The translations under genes were made by a program, and so were the position numbers. Shown one piece after another: positions 24,672 to 26,474 of a stretch of DNA of 26,474 bases. The number at the start of each line of letters is the position of its first letter. Within the stretch, counting starts at the first letter, position 1. The notes beneath the pieces are model-generated. The model was not told where the DNA came from. It worked only from the letters and a program-made list of their open reading frames with translations, and did not search any database. The DNA comes from an uncultured Candidatus Saccharibacteria bacterium. Its GTDB lineage: Bacteria > Patescibacteriota > Minisyncoccia > UBA6257 > JAPLYJ01. The DNA is taken from NCBI GenBank assembly GCA_964395555.1, contig CAYNAL010000018.1, forward strand, positions 1 through 26,474, written 5' to 3'.

Positions 24672-26372
24672 ATGTTTTTTGCTCGCTTACGTAATATTTG
24701 GCAAAAGTTCACTTTGGCTGAAAAAAGAACAGCCTTAATTTTAACTGGTCTATTTCTTATTGGTTTAATTTTTTTAATATCAAATGGTATTTCTAAAATT
24801 ACAGTTGCTGTTCCTAAACAAGGAGGCTCTTGGAGAATAGGTACGGTAGGTAGTCCTCATTTCATTAACCCTATTTTAATCCAAGACAATGATATTGACA
24901 GAGATTTGTCCGAACTTATTTATAATGGTTTATTTAAAATGAGCTCTGATGGCAAGCTCTCATATGATCTAGCTGAAAAATCTGAAATTAGTCCAGATGG
25001 TAAAATCTATACTATCTACCTCAAAGACGATGTCTTATGGCACGACGGAGAAACTTTTACAGCTGACGATGTTATCTTTACTATTGAAGCTATCCAAGAT
25101 GCTGAATATCAAAGTCCTTTAAAATACAACTGGCAAGGTGTTATTGCGGAAAAAGTGTCTGATAGCATAGTCAGATTTTCTTTAAAAAATCCCTACGAAC
25201 CATTTTTGCAAAATCTCACTCTTAAAATCATGCCCAAGCATATCTGGCAGAATGTTTCTCCTAGGAGCTTTGTTTTGGCTGACTATAACTTAAAACCTAT
25301 CGGTACTGGACCATATCTTTTTGAAAAATTCCAAAAAGATGCTAGCGGACAAATTTTAAGTTACACTTTTCAAGCTAACTCTCATTATTATGCCGGTCCT
25401 CCTTATATCCAAGATATTACTTTTAATTTTTACGATGATTTTGATAAAGGTGTAGAGGCTTTATTGAAAAAAAATATAGATAGCTTAACTGATTTACCCG
25501 TAGATAAATATCCTGCTTTAGCTAAAAAATTAGGTTGGAAAGTAGAACAAATTTCTTTGCCTAGATATTATGCTGTATTTTTCAATGCTAACAAAAATAG
25601 AGTTTTATCTGATAAAAACGTTCGTCAAGCTTTATCTTCAGCCATAGACAAAAATCTCATTATCAGCCAAGTTCTTTTTGGGCAAGCTAACCCCCTTAAC
25701 ACACCTATATCTTCTGGTTTTATAGGTTACAGCGAAGAATTAAACAAAAATAATTATGATCTTAATGCTAGCTTAGCTTTATTAGAAAAAAGTGGCTGGG
25801 TAGATAGTGACCAAGATGGTACCAGAGAAAAAACATATTCAAAAGAAAAAACAGAGACAGAGTTAACATTAAAATTAGTTTTACCTAAAAACAAACAATT
25901 AGAACAAGTGGCAGAATTAATTAAAAGTAGTTGGCAAAAATTAGGTGTCAAAGTAGAATGGGGAAGCTTAGCTTTACGTGATTTAGAAAAAGATTATCTC
26001 AAAGAAAGGAATTATGAATCAGTCTTATTCGGTAATATGTTAGGTGTAGATCCTGATTTGTTTGCTTTCTGGCATTCCTCTCAAAGAAATGACCCTGGTT
26101 TAAATTTATCTCTCTATGGCAATGTTTCCTTAGATGCCTTATTAGAAGAAACTAGACAGACATCTAATCAAGATACTAGGTTAACTAACTTAACTAAAAT
26201 CCAAGATATTCTTTTAAGTGATAGCCCAGCTGTTTTTCTGTACAATCCATACTATCTCTACGCAAATTCATCAACACTTAAAGGTAATAGTATCAAAATA
26301 GCCAACTATCCTTCTGAAAGATTGTCAGACATCAGCCAATGGTATTTATATACTAAAAGGGTTTTTAAATAG
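24672..26372 (+). CDS. ABC-type peptide/nickel solute-binding protein (family 5), TM-anchored
   Basis: LIYNGL, YTIYLKDDVLWHDGETFTADDVIFT, PIGTGPY and VRQALSSAIDK. Confidence 0.9.
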   Translation: MFFARLRNIWQKFTLAEKRTALILTGLFLIGLIFLISNGISKITVAVPKQGGSWRIGTVGSPHFINPILIQDNDIDRDLSELIYNGLFKMSSDGKLSYDLAEKSEISPDGKIYTIYLKDDVLWHDGETFTADDVIFTIEAIQDAEYQSPLKYNWQGVIAEKVSDSIVRFSLKNPYEPFLQNLTLKIMPKHIWQNVSPRSFVLADYNLKPIGTGPYLFEKFQKDASGQILSYTFQANSHYYAGPPYIQDITFNFYDDFDKGVEALLKKNIDSLTDLPVDKYPALAKKLGWKVEQISLPRYYAVFFNANKNRVLSDKNVRQALSSAIDKNLIISQVLFGQANPLNTPISSGFIGYSEELNKNNYDLNASLALLEKSGWVDSDQDGTREKTYSKEKTETELTLKLVLPKNKQLEQVAELIKSSWQKLGVKVEWGSLALRDLEKDYLKERNYESVLFGNMLGVDPDLFAFWHSSQRNDPGLNLSLYGNVSLDALLEETRQTSNQDTRLTNLTKIQDILLSDSPAVFLYNPYYLYANSSTLKGNSIKIANYPSERLSDISQWYLYTKRVFK

Positions 26373-26374
26373 AA

Positions 26375-26458
<84 letters not shown>

Positions 26459-26474
26459 CATTTGTAATAAAAAA

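Overview
AT-rich (roughly 30% GC by eye) bacterial chromosome segment. The gene set and architecture (alpha2-type GlyRS, short IF-2, short S1, few Shine-Dalgarno sites, tRNA genes mostly without CCA) suggest a reduced genome such as Patescibacteria/CPR; this is inference, not proven. The housekeeping backbone is an AI-2E transporter (partial), M16 peptidase, glyQS, a large Ig-repeat membrane protein, a 3D-domain protein, a CofE-like protein, rbfA, infB, a FemABX-like transferase, rpsA, HU, rny, gpmI, a 4-TM holin-family protein, secG and a family-5 solute-binding protein, plus nine tRNA genes. An accessory region at about 9.0-17.8 kb holds the most interesting element: two head-to-head Panacea (DUF4065/SocA-like) antitoxin plus RelE/HigB-like toxin operons. 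They share a 182-bp intergenic region with a perfect operator-like palindrome and are bordered by a perfect 40-bp palindrome and a frameshifted relic of one toxin's 5' end. Also noted are a 39-bp duplicated promoter flanking an EamA gene, an isolated GC-rich small gene with full expression signals, non-canonical tRNA T-loops, tRNAs abutting start codons, and a 13-nt leader motif shared by two genes. No integrase, transposase, CRISPR array or rRNA was found. All family calls come from motif recognition, with no database search.
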